64,000 nt of DNA, from NCBI RefSeq assembly GCF_006345805.1, contig NC_043002.1, positions 82,522,001 to 82,586,000 on the forward strand, written 5' to 3'. Shown here in pieces: positions 37,430-50,334 of the stretch. This DNA is from Octopus sinensis. Taxonomy: Eukaryota. Below the pieces are notes generated by a model, which worked only from the letters and a program-made list of their open reading frames with translations, had not been told where the DNA came from and made no database searches. A program made the position numbers and the translations under genes. Each line of letters opens with the position of its first letter. The first letter of the stretch is position 1.

Positions 37430-37647
37430 CAACAACAGAAACAACAACAACTTCAGAAATAGCAACAGCAGCAACAACAACAATGGAACCATGCTAATTA
37501 TATCCACATGACTGTTAGAAATATTCTATTGTTTTCTAAGAAAGAATGTCGACTTAACTGTTTCCTCGTTGCTTATAAGATGGGTGTTGGAGATGCGCAT
37601 GTATGTATATATATTTGTAAAACTTGTACAGAATGTCTGTACGTAGG

Positions 37648-37685
<38 letters not shown>

Positions 37686-37805
37686 CTCACACATATATAT
37701 ATATATATATGATACTCACATACATACACATATACAAGATATATATGAATGTATGTATGTGCGTATGTCTGTATATATATATATATATGTTTGTGTGTGT
37801 GCGTT

Positions 37806-37854
<49 letters not shown>

Positions 37855-37950
37855 TATATATATATATATATAATACATACATATATGCGTGTGTGTGCAC
37901 GAGCACACATATATACATACACATACATACAAATGTGTGTGTGTGTGTGA

Positions 37951-37994
<44 letters not shown>

Positions 37995-38269
37995 GATAGA
38001 GAGAGAGCGTGTGTGTGTACCGGTGGTAGTTTTTGTTTGCAAGCGACTTCATTTCGAACAGCGTTATCAAACTGAAATAATATCATCGTGGACGATCTGC
38101 TGTTTATGACCATATCCACCCCCACAAACAAACAAATAAACATAATTATGTATGTATGTATTGTAGTCACTTTCGTTTATTTGTGTGTCGTAGTAACATC
38201 CCCCATAAAATGTGAAAAGCTTTCGTCGCATCTTCCTCTTAATTTTGTATATATATATAAATATATACG

Positions 38270-38410
38270 ACAGGCTTTTTTCAGTTACCATCTACCAAAA
38301 TCTACTCACAAAGCTTTGGTCGGCCCGAGGCTATAGCAGAAGACACTTACCCAAGATTCCATGCAATGGGACTGAATCCGGAACCCTGTGGCTGGGAAGC
38401 AACTCCTTAC
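38270..38410 (-). mobile_element. SINE family A, 5' half
   Basis: Reverse-complement match to the family A head. Confidence 0.75.
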
Positions 38411-39464
38411 CACATTCCGAACTGCTCCATGCAATATCTAACAGTCTCGGAACTACAACTACTACATCTATCATCTCGGAGATAGAAATTAAACGGTTTG
38501 GAGAAACTAGAATTATTCATACAAAACAGATATTGTGCATACCACCTTACATTCCCTGCCTACGCCTGTTTCGAGGAGTTACTTTATTACCTCATCATCC
38601 AAAGTACGGAAATAATATTTTTTCAGCTAGCCACGCTTATATTGGAAGATATAATCGAGTTAGTATTCCTCTCAACTTCAACAGAACGAAAAGAGCAGAT
38701 GAAGCTGTTGTGAAATATGGCCGTCTAGAATAACTTTCCTTTAGAGGACAATTTAAACTTGTAAAGTGTTCAGGTCGTTTAATAATGAGTTCTTTAAAAA
38801 TAAATTAGAGTAGCAAGCGCAATATTATAAACATTCTTTTTGCCATCCTGGTCACGGAATTAATATTAAGTTTAATTTATATAAATGTGTGTGGGCGTAC
38901 GCTTGTGTGTCTGTGTGTGTATATTTTGTGCGTAATAATTTCTTTGTATCAGTATATTATGCATCTATCCTGTTTATCACTGATTCACTCATCGCTGATC
39001 CGAAATAACACGGTGCTCTAATAGCGAACCATGAAAGCTTGTCAGAAATCGATGTGCGTTAACAGAGGTCAGTGCTCAACCGAATATTCCGCTCGGACCG
39101 TACAGATGCTCTCCGGTGATGCTCCACAATGCTCATGACAATTTGGTGTTTTTCCCTGTTTTTCATTTATTACTGATTCATTTAATACGGCCGTTTTTGC
39201 CTTTTGGGCTATTGTTCTTGAAATCAAACTGCCGTGGTGAACGTTTAGACAAATTAAGATGTGTCATGTGATGTACAGGCGTCTCACTTTCACTTTTTTG
39301 TTATTTATTTATTTATTTATTACATTTAAAAAACCTAACCCTTACGAGCACTCTAGAAGTCATTTACTGCATCTCTGAGACAGAATTTTTGTCTAGATAT
39401 ATCTCCGCTGACAAAATCGGCAATTATTGTATCTACAATACTGTATGCATACGTGAATGCAAAT

Positions 39465-39501
<37 letters not shown>

Positions 39502-39524
39502 ACACACACACACACACACACATG

Positions 39525-39556
<32 letters not shown>

Positions 39557-39928
39557 ATATATATACCTCTCTCTACCTATCTGTCGATCTATCAATCTAA
39601 CTACCTATTTATCTACCTATATCTATCAGCTTATCTACCTACCTATATTTCTATCTATCTTCATTGTCGTGGAACCTCACCTCAAGAACCAAAAACAACG
39701 TTCTCTTCTCCACCCCCCCCCAAAAAAAAACATCTGTTTTATATAAATGAACGAGCTGTTTGTACATTCACAAAATTGCATTTGACAAGTTCGAGAAACG
39801 AACGAAAACGCTAATAATGATGAAGAAATAAAAAGATTTTTTTTTCTAAAATTCTGACGACATTTTTTCTCAATATATATATACATACACGCTGTATGTA
39901 TACTATATACATACACATACTATATGAA

Positions 39929-39966
<38 letters not shown>

Positions 39967-39983
39967 ATATAATATATATATAT

Positions 39984-40017
<34 letters not shown>

Positions 40018-40809
40018 TACATATATATTATATACTATATATGTGCTATATATATGTGTATATGTGTACTAAAGGTCATCTCATACCGGATGCTTCATAT
40101 AATACTGTTCGTCTGAGGGGTTAAAAGTCAGTGACATTATAAGTCACACTTCCGGAGACAGAGCTAAAGACGAGGAGGAGGAGGAGGAGAGGGAAGAAAG
40201 AGGAGGGGAGAAAGAGAAGGGGAGAAAGAGAAGGGGAGAAGATGAGGGAGGAGGATGAGGATGATGCAGAGACAGGTGATCATGATAGTGGTGGTGGGTG
40301 ATGGTGGTGATTAAGGAGATGGTAACGATGCTTATGATGATGGTTTTGGCGACGGTGGTAGCTGTGGGATTTGTGGTAGTAAGGATGATGATGATGATGA
40401 TGATGATGACGAGGAAGAGGAGGGGGGAGGAGGAGGAAGAATGGGATATTTGTATCTCAGGGGTAGACAAACAGGTGATAAAATAGAAATATTCTCGCTG
40501 CTGTTTTAAATGTATTTTCTTCTTATTGGTGTTACGATAGAGTCATATCGTCCCTTTATTAAACACGCGCACTTCTTAATTTTCGCTAACTCATTCCATT
40601 TCATATGATTAACCGAAAATACTACGTTCGTCTTCATACAAAATTTCTCATGGAATGTCTTGACAAAAATTAATGTGTTTACCGTAAAACAAACCATGTA
40701 TGTGTTTCGACATATATATATATGTAGACGTGTATATATACGTGTGTATGTATATGTTTGTATGTGTACGTGTGTGTGTGTATGTGTACGTGAGTGTGTG
40801 TATTACGTC

Positions 40810-41000
40810 CTTTTACTTATCTCATGCATTGGTTTGCGGCCATGCTGGGGCACTGACTTGAAGAGCTTAGTCTAACACATTGACATCGATACTATATTTT
40901 TAAGTCTAGTACTTATTCTGTCGATTACTTTTGTCAAACCGCTAAGTTATGGAAACGTAAAAAACCGATACCGGTTGTTAAGTGGTGAAGGGATCAAGAC
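40810..41000 (-). mobile_element. SINE family A, diverged 3' half
   Basis: GCGGCCATGCTGGGGCAC...AGTACTTATTCTGTCG...CCGCTAAGTTA. Confidence 0.7.
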
Positions 41001-41379
41001 ATGCAAACAAAGGCACACACGCACACACACATATACACATACACACACACACACGCATACACACATACTCATACACATATATATCTGAAATTAAATAAAT
41101 GAGAAGGGAGGAGGGGATTATGTAATGGACTTCATGAGCTTACTGCTGTTTCTGCTACAAAATGTGCGCAGTCAGAGCTGAGTGTTTGTGCATCATCTTA
41201 CAGCTTCATCAGATCTTCTAAAATAAAATGCAAGTTTATTTGGGAGATCCTTTACATATACGAGAAAGATCACCACCGAAAATGGAAAAATACAAAAGAA
41301 ATTGTGTATAGGATTCGAAGGATAAATATATATCATAAGCACGGTTTTGCCACAAACTCTATAAGTAAAGATGCCATAT

Positions 41380-41760
41380 AATGCGTACTTGGTAACTTTC
41401 CTGTTTCTGTGGATTCTCTGCTGATTTCTAAATTTTTGCCTTATTTCGACAAACATGACCACAATCGTTACATGTGAAATCGAATTATGCGCCAGAATAC
41501 TCAGGTAAATTAACATCAAAACTTATCTCTTGGTTTTGTTTGAATTCCCTCCTCGTATCATACACTGCTTTCTTCATGATGAACGATCTAGACTGAAGTT
41601 ATACGTACATTCATTGTAGCAAATTTTGGTATATACTCAACAGTATTCAAAAATTTTATCCTTTTTGGTTATAATATTCTTCTTAATAATCTTCTTGATA
41701 ACCCTAAATTTTAACTTTATACAATATAGCAATATTGTTTAAATCATTCAACTATAGTAC
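41380..41760 (-). mobile_element. Decayed 3' end of an RTE-clade LINE
   Basis: The minus strand gives SLDRSS*RKAVYD and a frameshifted terminal finger FTCNDCGHVCRNKA/FRNQQRIH, typical of RTE ORF2 ends. Confidence 0.5.
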
Positions 41761-42559
41761 TCCATGATAAAATTTCCCTGTATTATCACCATTGGTTTTA
41801 CTAGTCTTGCCCCTTTATCTGATAACTAAGATCTTGATTAAAGATCTTCCTTTACCAAATCTCATTATATTGCTTCAAATTAATCTTGATAGTTTATGGC
41901 TATACCCACTATGATTTCTGTCTACTCCCTCAACTCCTTTCCTTATAGACACTGCTCCTTGTTCCTTGGCCTTAGATTTTGATATACAAAGATTTGATAA
42001 ACAAGACTATAAATTAAAACTGATCCCAAAAAACAGTGAGAAGCTAGATCTCTAACAAGTCTTTCTTCCTAATACCTTAGTAGCTTCGAAGCTGAAGTGA
42101 AGACAGCATGTTCTTTGTGTATTTCCTTACCTTCTTGGAGGTTTTAGGTAAAATTATACTAATGTGTCCATCTGTTTTAATCTAATTTAATTCTATGTCT
42201 TTATGCAGCTGAGGATTGCTCTGCGTTTAAATTGATGTAATGATTGCATTGTTCAATTAAATAGGGTTGCTTGAAACGATCGTACTGCATTACCTCTGGA
42301 TATCCTTATTGCTTAATTTGATTTTAATCACCTTACTTTGAAACTGTATGGATAATACCGTTCTAAATTCTGGTGCCTCAACTTAAGTGCATAATTCATC
42401 AGAATCTAAATTTTTGCTACGTATATTCATAGATATATCTTCCTACAAGGCATGGTACGAAAGCCAGAACAATCTGGAACAGATTAAGAGGTGGGGTGGG
42501 GAATAAGGAAATATCAACAGAAAGCATTGACTATACTAAGGCTGGCGAGTCAAAAGAAT

Positions 42560-42800
42560 ATTGGTGGAAGTTAAACATGAAAACTTGCAAGTTGCAAAGA
42601 ATGGTAAGATTTGTAAATCCTTAATTCACACGCTACAAACGATCACAATATCTGGAGCAATAAAAATCTGCAAGATTTTCTTAAGATTTAAAGGATGCTG
42701 AACAACGGAAGATGTTTTCCTTCTACTTGCTACCAGACAGGTGGCTGGTCAAAATTAACTCTAAAAAAGAGGAAAGGAAACTTATAAATTTATATACATT
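42560..42800 (+). mobile_element. 3' end of an R4/Dong-like (RLE) non-LTR retrotransposon followed by (ATAC)n
   Basis: LIHTLQTITISGAIKICKIFLRFKGC* (TGA 42699), homologous to the 50335-50620 peptide. Confidence 0.55.
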
Positions 42801-43038
42801 CACATACATACATACATACATACATACATACATACATACATACATACATACATACATACATACATACATACATACACACACACACATACATACATACATA
42901 TATACATACATACGTACATGCATATTAATTATAATAAAGGATAAAAATCATTAATGATTTTACTAAGGGGTCAATGCGGAAATAAAAACCTTACAAATAT
43001 TTTAATAATTATATACATAATTATAACAAGGGATTGAC

Positions 43039-43260
43039 TATAAACCTCCCCACGCGCTAGAAAAATAGACGCCTAAAGACGCTATTACCACCCTAAAAAC
43101 TCCGGAAGTAAAACACGGGCTGTAGTTGGGCAAAAGAAAGATAATGAATTAAACTTTTGGTTAACCGTGTACAAGATCTTGTTTCAAGCTTAAGGTAAGT
43201 TTTTAAAGGTGGTAATAGCGTCTTTAGGCGTCTATTTTTTTTAGCACGTGGAGGCTTATA
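43039..43260. mobile_element. 222-bp MITE with ~55-bp TIRs
   Basis: TATAAACCTCCCCACGCGCTAGAAAAATAGACGCCTAAAGACGCTATTACCACC / GGTGGTAATAGCGTCTTTAGGCGTCTATTTTTTTAGCACGTGGAGGCTTATA. Confidence 0.85.
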
Positions 43261-43880
43261 GCAATACATACATACAATAATACATAAATACATACATACA
43301 TACATACATACATACATACAAACATACATACAAAAATATCCTGTTGTTGATGTTGAAATTCCAACTAAGGAACCTTGGATCTAGGTTAGAAACCGGTTCT
43401 TTCTCTATTGGCAAGAAATCTTGAAATAAACTGAATGACATGCATACATACATGCATGCATACATACATGCATGCATACATACATGCATGCATACATACA
43501 TGCATACATACATACATGCATGCACACATACATGCATACATAATGCATACATACATACATGCATGCATGCATGCATACATACATGCATGCATACATGCAT
43601 ACATACATGCATGCATACATGCATGCATACATACATGCATGCATACATACATACATGTATGCATACATGCATACATACATACGTACATACACACATACAT
43701 ACATCATACATACATACATACATACATACATACATGCATGTATGCATACATACATGCATGCATGCATACATGCATGCATGCATACATGCATACATACATG
43801 CATACATGCATACATACATACGTACATACACACATACATACATACATCATACATACATGCATACATACATACACACGCAC
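43261..43880. repeat. (ATAC)n/(ATGC)n compound array with an embedded ~115-bp retroelement 3'-UTR-like insert (43325-43440)
   Basis: Direct reading. The insert shares GTTAGAAACC.G.TC.TTCT with the 50345-50400 minus strand. Confidence 0.85.
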
Positions 43881-44269
43881 ACACGTGCGTTGTTTTTGCC
43901 CGGCAGCAATACTAGTTTCCGTGCTCGATATTTTACGTGCAGGGTATCGAGTGTGTACCCACGAGTATTACAGGACCACACATGCTCTCAGACATGTCAA
44001 CACGATGACAAAGGTGGCCATTTTACATCCAACACAATCATCGCTGATTTCTCTAAACTCCATAAAAATAAATTAAAATAAATCAATTAAAAGGAAAACG
44101 AACAGATATGTTTTGATGTAACCGTAATAAGGTACCCAAGGACAAACCAGGAACCATATTACACAAGGCAAGTGTACGATTACCAAGATGGATTTAGCCG
44201 TCCATTCAGATTAAACTAAGTTGTATAATTGTCGCGGAATAATCAAGTCTGACATTATTTGTTGTTGAG

Positions 44270-44870
44270 GTTGTTGTTGCCGTAATTGTTATTGCTTGCT
44301 TGCCTGTTGTTCACTTGCCTTTCTTCTTCTTGTTGCTACTATTGCCGTCGTCATCGTCGTTATTGTTGTTGTTGTTGGTGGTGGTGGTGGTGGAGGTGGA
44401 TGTGGTGGTGGTGGTTTTTGTGGATGGTGGTAGTTGAGGATGGTGGTGTTTGTGAAGGTGGTGGTGGTGGATGTGGTGGTGGTGTATGTGGCGGTGGTGG
44501 ATGGTGGTGGATGTGGATGGTGGTGGTGGATGTGGTGGTGGTGGTATTGTAGATGGTGGTGGTGGATGTGGATGGTGGTGGTGGTTGTGGATGGTGGTTG
44601 CGGATGGTGGTGGTAGTGGTGGAGGCAATGGTGATGTTGCTGAAATTTTTGTTGTAGTCTTCGGCATTGTTGTTATTGTTGTTGTTGTTGCATTTGTTGT
44701 TGTTGTTGCATTTGTTGTTGTTGTTCTTATTGTTTGTTGCTGTGGCGGTGGTGATGGTGGTGGTGGAAATATTGGTGTTACTGAAATTCTTGTTGTTGCT
44801 TTTGGCATTGTTGTTGTCGGTGGTGGTGGGGTTGTTGTTGTTGTTGGTGGTGGTGGTCCTTGGCTGGTTG
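44270..44870. repeat. (GGT)n/(GTT)n trinucleotide low-complexity region
   Basis: Direct reading. Poly-His/Pro/Thr/Val ORFs here are artefacts. Confidence 0.9.
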
Positions 44871-45632
44871 CTTGTAATATTGTTAGGAATGTCTACATAT
44901 ACAACACACTGCGAAAGAATATCGGAGAAGAAACGTGTATCAGTGAATTATATTGATGTGTGTGTGTCTGTGTGTGTGCTTGTGTGTGTGTAAGAGCAGA
45001 GTGTGTTGGTGTGTTTGTGGGTAGAAATGTGTGTGAAAATGAAATATATTGATGCGTGTGAGTGAACATGTGCTTGTGAACAGAGAAGTATGTGTAAAAA
45101 TGCGTGTGAGCCTATGTGTGTGACGATGTGAATTGTTATGTGTGTATGACTGTGTGTGTGTGTTTGTGTATGTCTATGTATGTGTGTGTGTGTGAGGGTG
45201 AACTGAATGCGCGTGTGTAACCTGAGCTCAATGTAACATCAATGTGTTGGTTTTTGAATGTTATTGAGTACAACATCTGTTGTGTGATTACATGTGACAA
45301 TGGTGTTGTTGCTTGTGGTTTTGGTGGTGATGGTTTTGGTGGTGGTGGTGGTGGTTATGGTGTAGGTGTAGGTGGTGGTTGTTATGGTTGTGGTGGTGAT
45401 GTTGATAATGGTGTAGATGGTTGTGTCTAATGCTAATGGCAATCGCTGTGTGTGTGTGTGTGCTGTGTTGGTGCGGGTTGTAGTGGTGATGGAATATGTA
45501 GTGATGGCCAGATACTGTAGTCCTAGAATGTGGATTGGCAGCGCTAAGCAATGCTATGCTTAAATACAAACTCGTTACCAGTTTAAATATGCTTGAACTA
45601 TATTAGAACCCGTAAGAAATCCATTGATTCTA

Positions 45633-45863
45633 TTGGGTTGGTGCATAATTATTGCGGCTTTTTTTTTTTCAACAAATCTTAGTCAACAAAAATAATAACA
45701 TGTAACAAAAACATCTTCAAATGATTATTTCGGAGCATATTCACGATCTACTTCAATTACTGCTTCCCATTTGCTTGGCAGACGGTCAGACCGTCATTTA
45801 AATATGTTTTTGTTGAATAAAATTTGTTGCAAAACAAGCCGCAATAATTATGCACCAACCCAA
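45633..45863. mobile_element. Mariner-derived MITE with Hsmar1/MADE1-like TIRs
   Basis: TA|TTGGGTTGGTGCATAATTATTGCGGCTT ... AAGCCGCAATAATTATGCACCAACCCAA|TG. Confidence 0.85.
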
Positions 45864-46173
45864 TGTTTTGTCGTGGATAAAATATCTAGCCGTAGGCAAA
45901 TAGATGCAAGTTCACCAAATCAGTTCACAGCGCCCCCTAACCAGACTGTTGGGTGCATGCATTTCGATACGGTTATCTCCTCTTCATCAAGAAGTCTGAA
46001 TATAAGATAGGACAGTTATTGTTGGAATGTCTTTAACCAAACATTTACTGGATGTAGGATGATCTGGAGCCGAGTAACCATATCTTCAGCCAACAGCCAA
46101 CGAGAAAAACCATCCACCACCATAACCGATGCCGACATAGGAGTAGTGAAACGATGGGCATGAAGCAGTCTTA

Positions 46174-46364
46174 TTTACATTTGACGGATATTTGTCCTCG
46201 TCTTGTTTGTTGTTAACACAATGTTTCGGCTGATGTACTCTCCAGGTGTCTTAGGAAAATTTTGAACCTGGGTTCTCATTCCTAAGGGAAATTTCGAACC
46301 TGGATAGTGGTTAAGAGTGCGGGCTACTAACCCCAAGATTCCGAGTTCGATTCTAGGCAGTGAT

Positions 46365-46422
<58 letters not shown>

Positions 46423-46650
46423 TAATAATAATAATAATAATAAAAAAAAATAATAATAATAACAATAACAATAATAATGATAATAATAACAACATCGAAA
46501 ATGTACCTTAGGAATGAGAACCCAGGCTCAAAATTTCCCCAAGACACCTGATGAAGACTGGAAGGTATATCAGCCGAAACGTTGTGTTAACAACAAACAA
46601 GATGAGGACAAATATCCATCAAATGTAAAGAATATAAATAATGTAGATAA
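46174..46650 (+). mobile_element. tRNA-headed SINE-like element with an (AAT)n spacer and hammerhead-bearing tail, preceded by an inverted partial tail copy
   Basis: Head TAGTGGTTAAG...GAGTTCGATTC (46303-46352), (AAT)n 46368-46495, tail 46506-46629. The inverted tail copy is at 46174-46287. Confidence 0.75.
46544..46587 (+). ncRNA. Minimal type I hammerhead ribozyme motif
   Basis: ACAC-CTGATGA-A-GACTG-GAAGGTATAT-CAGCC-GAAAC-GTT-GTGT. Stem I is ACAC/GTGT, stem II pairs at 4/5 positions, and the AACGTT palindrome takes the place of stem III. Confidence 0.75.
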
Positions 46651-46837
46651 TTCCTCCTCTCTTAAATATACAGCTGTATAAAGCAGTCTGTCATATTTTA
46701 TGATGTCTTTGATTTCAGTAATGGGTTCGTCAAAGTATCTTTGGGGATCTTGGATGATGTAGAAGTATCTCGATTAGTCGATCTAAGCATCCTAGACATG
46801 CTAAAAGAAGCATACTCTCAATTAGCCCAGGGCTATA

Positions 46838-47562
46838 CAGTAATCACTCGCAATATCGCGGTTCACCTATCGCACCCTCAGTACATCGAGGATTTTTCTG
46901 GCAAATGTATGTAAATTTCGGTGCTAATGTGTTTTCATTACGGCGTTGTGATTTACAATCCTGTAAATAAGAATAATAATGGTATTTTTATATAAGCTTA
47001 AAGCTTATGGCGATCACCTTGCAATAACTAAGGAAAATAGTGTAAAGAAGAGGCATATAAGCCCTCGACAGAAAAAAAAGTTTTTCTATCGGCGTGGGAG
47101 ACGAACCCACATCCCTTTGTTAACGCGACCAGGAAAGCTTTCTTTTTTCTATCGAGGGCTTATTTGTAAATTTATATTGCGGACTCCTCAGTATATCACG
47201 GGTTTCTGCGGCCGATAAGTATTTATAGTTTTTTAGATTTTAATTATTTCTGTGGTAAAATAAGCATCTTCACGCCTAAAAGTTGATGAACAAAACTACA
47301 GTATAGTACTGCACTGTATAACACAATTAGAATATATTAAAAGAAAATACGTATTGTACTGTAGATGAGTAAACAGAATCGCACATACTGTAAGGAAAAC
47401 GAAACTCGGGAGGCGAGAGTGTGCCGTGGTTTTGCAATAAATATATAGAAATTATAACAATAATAAAAAATATATACAATACAGCACTGCTTCTACTTCG
47501 CGGATTTTCACCTACGCAGGAGGTTTTGGAACGTAAGACCCGCGATAGTCAAGGGATTACTG
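46838..47562. mobile_element. pogo/Tigger-like non-autonomous element with TA TSD
   Basis: TA|CAGTAATCACTCGCAATATCGCGG ... CCGCGATAGTCAAGGGATTACTG|TA. Contains an internal inverted repeat at 47057-47162. Confidence 0.8.
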
Positions 47563-47659
47563 TAGAGGGATAATGGTTAAACAGTTTCCTACAATTTGAA
47601 CAATCTCAAGAAAATACTGGGCGCAGGTTGACTCGTGGGTGCATTCTAATGATAATCAT

Positions 47660-48243
47660 CTCTTTTCTACTATAGGCAAAAGGCCTGAAATCTTGGGGAG
47701 GGGGCCAGTCGATTACATCGACCCCAGTATTTCACTGTCCTTAATTTATCGACCTCGAAAGGATGAAAGACAAAGTCGACCTCGGCAGAATTTGAACTTA
47801 GAACGAAGCGGCAGACGAAATGCCTATTTCTTTACTACCCACAAGGGGCTAAACACAGAGAGGACAAACAAGGACAGACAAACGGATTAAGTCGATTATA
47901 TCGACCCAGTGCGTAACTGGTACTTATTTAATCGACCCCGAAAGGATAAAGGGCAAAGTCGACCTCGGCGGAATTTGAACTCAGAACGTAGCGGCAGACG
48001 AAATACCTATTTCTTTATTACCCACAAGGGGCTAAACACAGAGAGGACAAACAAGGACAGACAAACGGATTAAGTCGATTATATCGACCCCAGTGCGTAA
48101 CTGGTACTTATTTAATCGACCCCGAAAGGATGAAAGGCAAAATCGACCTCGGCGAAGTTTGAACTCTGAACGTAGCGGCAGACGAAACACTGCTAATCAT
48201 TTCGCTCGGCGTGCTAACGATTGGGCCAACTCGCCGCCTTCTC
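47660..48243 (-). mobile_element. SINE family B, trimer-like tandem
   Basis: The ~185-bp body segment is repeated head-to-tail. Confidence 0.85.
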
Positions 48244-48779
48244 GTTCTAATGATAATGAATTGAGATCCGGTTGACGCTTCATACTGCTTTTAAAAAGGG
48301 GGCATTTGAAAGGCTTAAAAGACATTGTCAGGAACATGGCATATGCAAACCCATGGATACAGCATTCGGTGATGACATTGTATTTAATAAGCATTTATAC
48401 TATTACCAGCATGGCACATTTATGAAGTAGTCGTACAGTCGACTGACGTAAGCATCACAGTTTATTACTGGTACTTCATTTGGACATCAATGGAAGGGTG
48501 AAAATTCTTCACCAGGATTTGAACTCAGAACATTCAGAAAAGTAACTAAAGTCATTTCCTCTTATATTTATGGACTTCTCACATATACACACAATATACA
48601 CGCATTGAGAATATTGGCCTTAGTATATTCGTGTTAGTTTATTTTATCGACCTCAGAGGAATGAAAGATCAAGTTGACATCGGTAAGATTGGAACACAGA
48701 ACGTAGAAGGATGTAGCAAAATACGACAATGTACTGTAATCAATAGCCAGTCGATTCGGTCAGTGCCTTATCTTAGACA

Positions 48780-49225
48780 ACTCCAGCCCCATCATTCCAG
48801 TCCCAATCCACCTTCACTCCAGCCCCACTTCACCATCAATCCGGTCCCAATCCATCATCACTCCAGTCCCAATACACTATCACTCCAGCCCCACTCTACC
48901 ATCACTTCAGTCCCAATCCACCATCACTTCGGTCTCACTACATCATCACTCAAGTTCCACTCCACCTTCACTCCATCTCCACTCCCCCATCACTCCAGTA
49001 CCAATCCACCATCACTCCACCCAATCCATCATCACTCCAGCCCCATTCCTAATCGCTCCAGTCCCTCTCTACCATCACTCTAGCTCCATTCCACCATCAA
49101 TGAAGCCCCACTCGACCTTCGCTCCAGCCCTACTCCACCATCACTTCAATCCCAATCCATCATCACTCCAGTCTCAATCCACCACCACTCCAGTACCACT
49201 CCACCATCACTCCAGCCCCACTCCA
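48780..49225. repeat. Degenerate minisatellite (ACTCCAGCCCCACTCCACCATC-like)
   Basis: Direct reading; it resumes at 49780-49870. Confidence 0.8.
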
Positions 49226-49554
49226 CCATGATCATCAACATCATCGTTGGACAACAAAACCCAACGTCCATAAATGCCATCCTCGCCCACCCAGTACAAA
49301 ACACAAAGGGCTAAACAAATACCGCAAGGTACCCGAGAAGACTTCTAGTAATTCCTCCAGTGTATCACCCTGGGCCGATATTTTATTTATCGACCACAAA
49401 ATTATGAAAAGCATAATTAACCTCGATCGAATTTGAACTCAAAGCATAGAAAATCAAAATAACTACCACAAGGTATTTTAAATGACTCTGCCGCTTTGCT
49501 ACACTACTACCACCGCCACCACCAAGACTAAATCCCACCACCACCTCTATCACA

Positions 49555-49760
49555 TCACAACGCTACACCGCCACTAAAACACTCCACCGCCACTACAACA
49601 CTACACAGGCACTACAACACAACACCGCCACTGCAACACTACACCGCCACTACAACATTACACCGCCACTGCAACACTACAACACTACAGCAACACTACA
49701 CCGCCACTGCAACACTACACCGCCACTGTAACACTACACCACCACTGCAACACTACATTG
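49555..49760. repeat. ~19-bp minisatellite CAACACTACACCGCCACT(A/G)
   Basis: Direct reading. Confidence 0.85.
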
Positions 49761-50120
49761 CCACTATAGCTTCACTCCAGCTTCACTCCACCATCACTCC
49801 ACTCCCAATCCACCTTCACTCCAGCCCCAATCTACCATCACTTCAGTTCCACTCCACCATCACTCAAGCTGCCACTACAACATTACACCACCACTACAAC
49901 ACTACTCTACTCTACCACTCCTAGCATACCACCCCCATTCATGCATCATCATTGTTATAACACGATACTACTGTCCCGCCGTCTCACCACCACCACCAGC
50001 ATCATCCTCAACACGCCGTTACACGCCCTACTCCATCACCGACACCACCCCAAATATAATCAAGTCGCTATTTCCACGTGGTTAAACGTCAATAAGAAAT
50101 CGGCAATGTCAGCATGTGTG

Positions 50121-50150
50121 TGACGTCATTTGAATAAAGGTCAGAGGTCA
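50121..50150. promoter_or_regulatory. Adjacent CRE palindrome and perfect DR1 nuclear-receptor element
   Basis: TGACGTCA at 50121-50128 and AGGTCAgAGGTCA at 50138-50150, in non-repetitive sequence. Confidence 0.35.
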
Positions 50151-50334
50151 TTGTATGCGTGGGGTGGAATAGAGAGATGTCACATGTTATATGTTTAGTG
50201 GAGCGTCTTTTGGGAGACGGTGGGGGTGGGGAGGAGTTCAATATGGGCTGCGGTTGCTGATATTTCTTACTGCAGGCTACATTGTTAACAAGTCTGTCTG
50301 TCTGTCTGACTGTCTGTATGCATGTATGTATGTT

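Noticed and set aside
38212-38733. 173-aa ORF
   Set aside because: The 5' half is a SINE A. The remainder has no recognisable domain or splice support.
41195-41215. Minus-strand CTGATGA-AGCTGTAAG resembling the 8162 hammerhead; adjacent ORF first read as GIY-YIG
   Set aside because: Stem II and GAAA are missing. The adjacent peptide fits an RTE terminal zinc finger better.
44286-44993. His/Pro/Thr-rich or Gly/Val-rich proteins
   Set aside because: Trinucleotide low-complexity DNA open on both strands, with no splice or domain support.
46303-46367. tRNA gene
   Set aside because: It has A/B boxes and an anticodon-like arm but no acceptor stem, and runs into a repeat tail. Treated as a SINE head.
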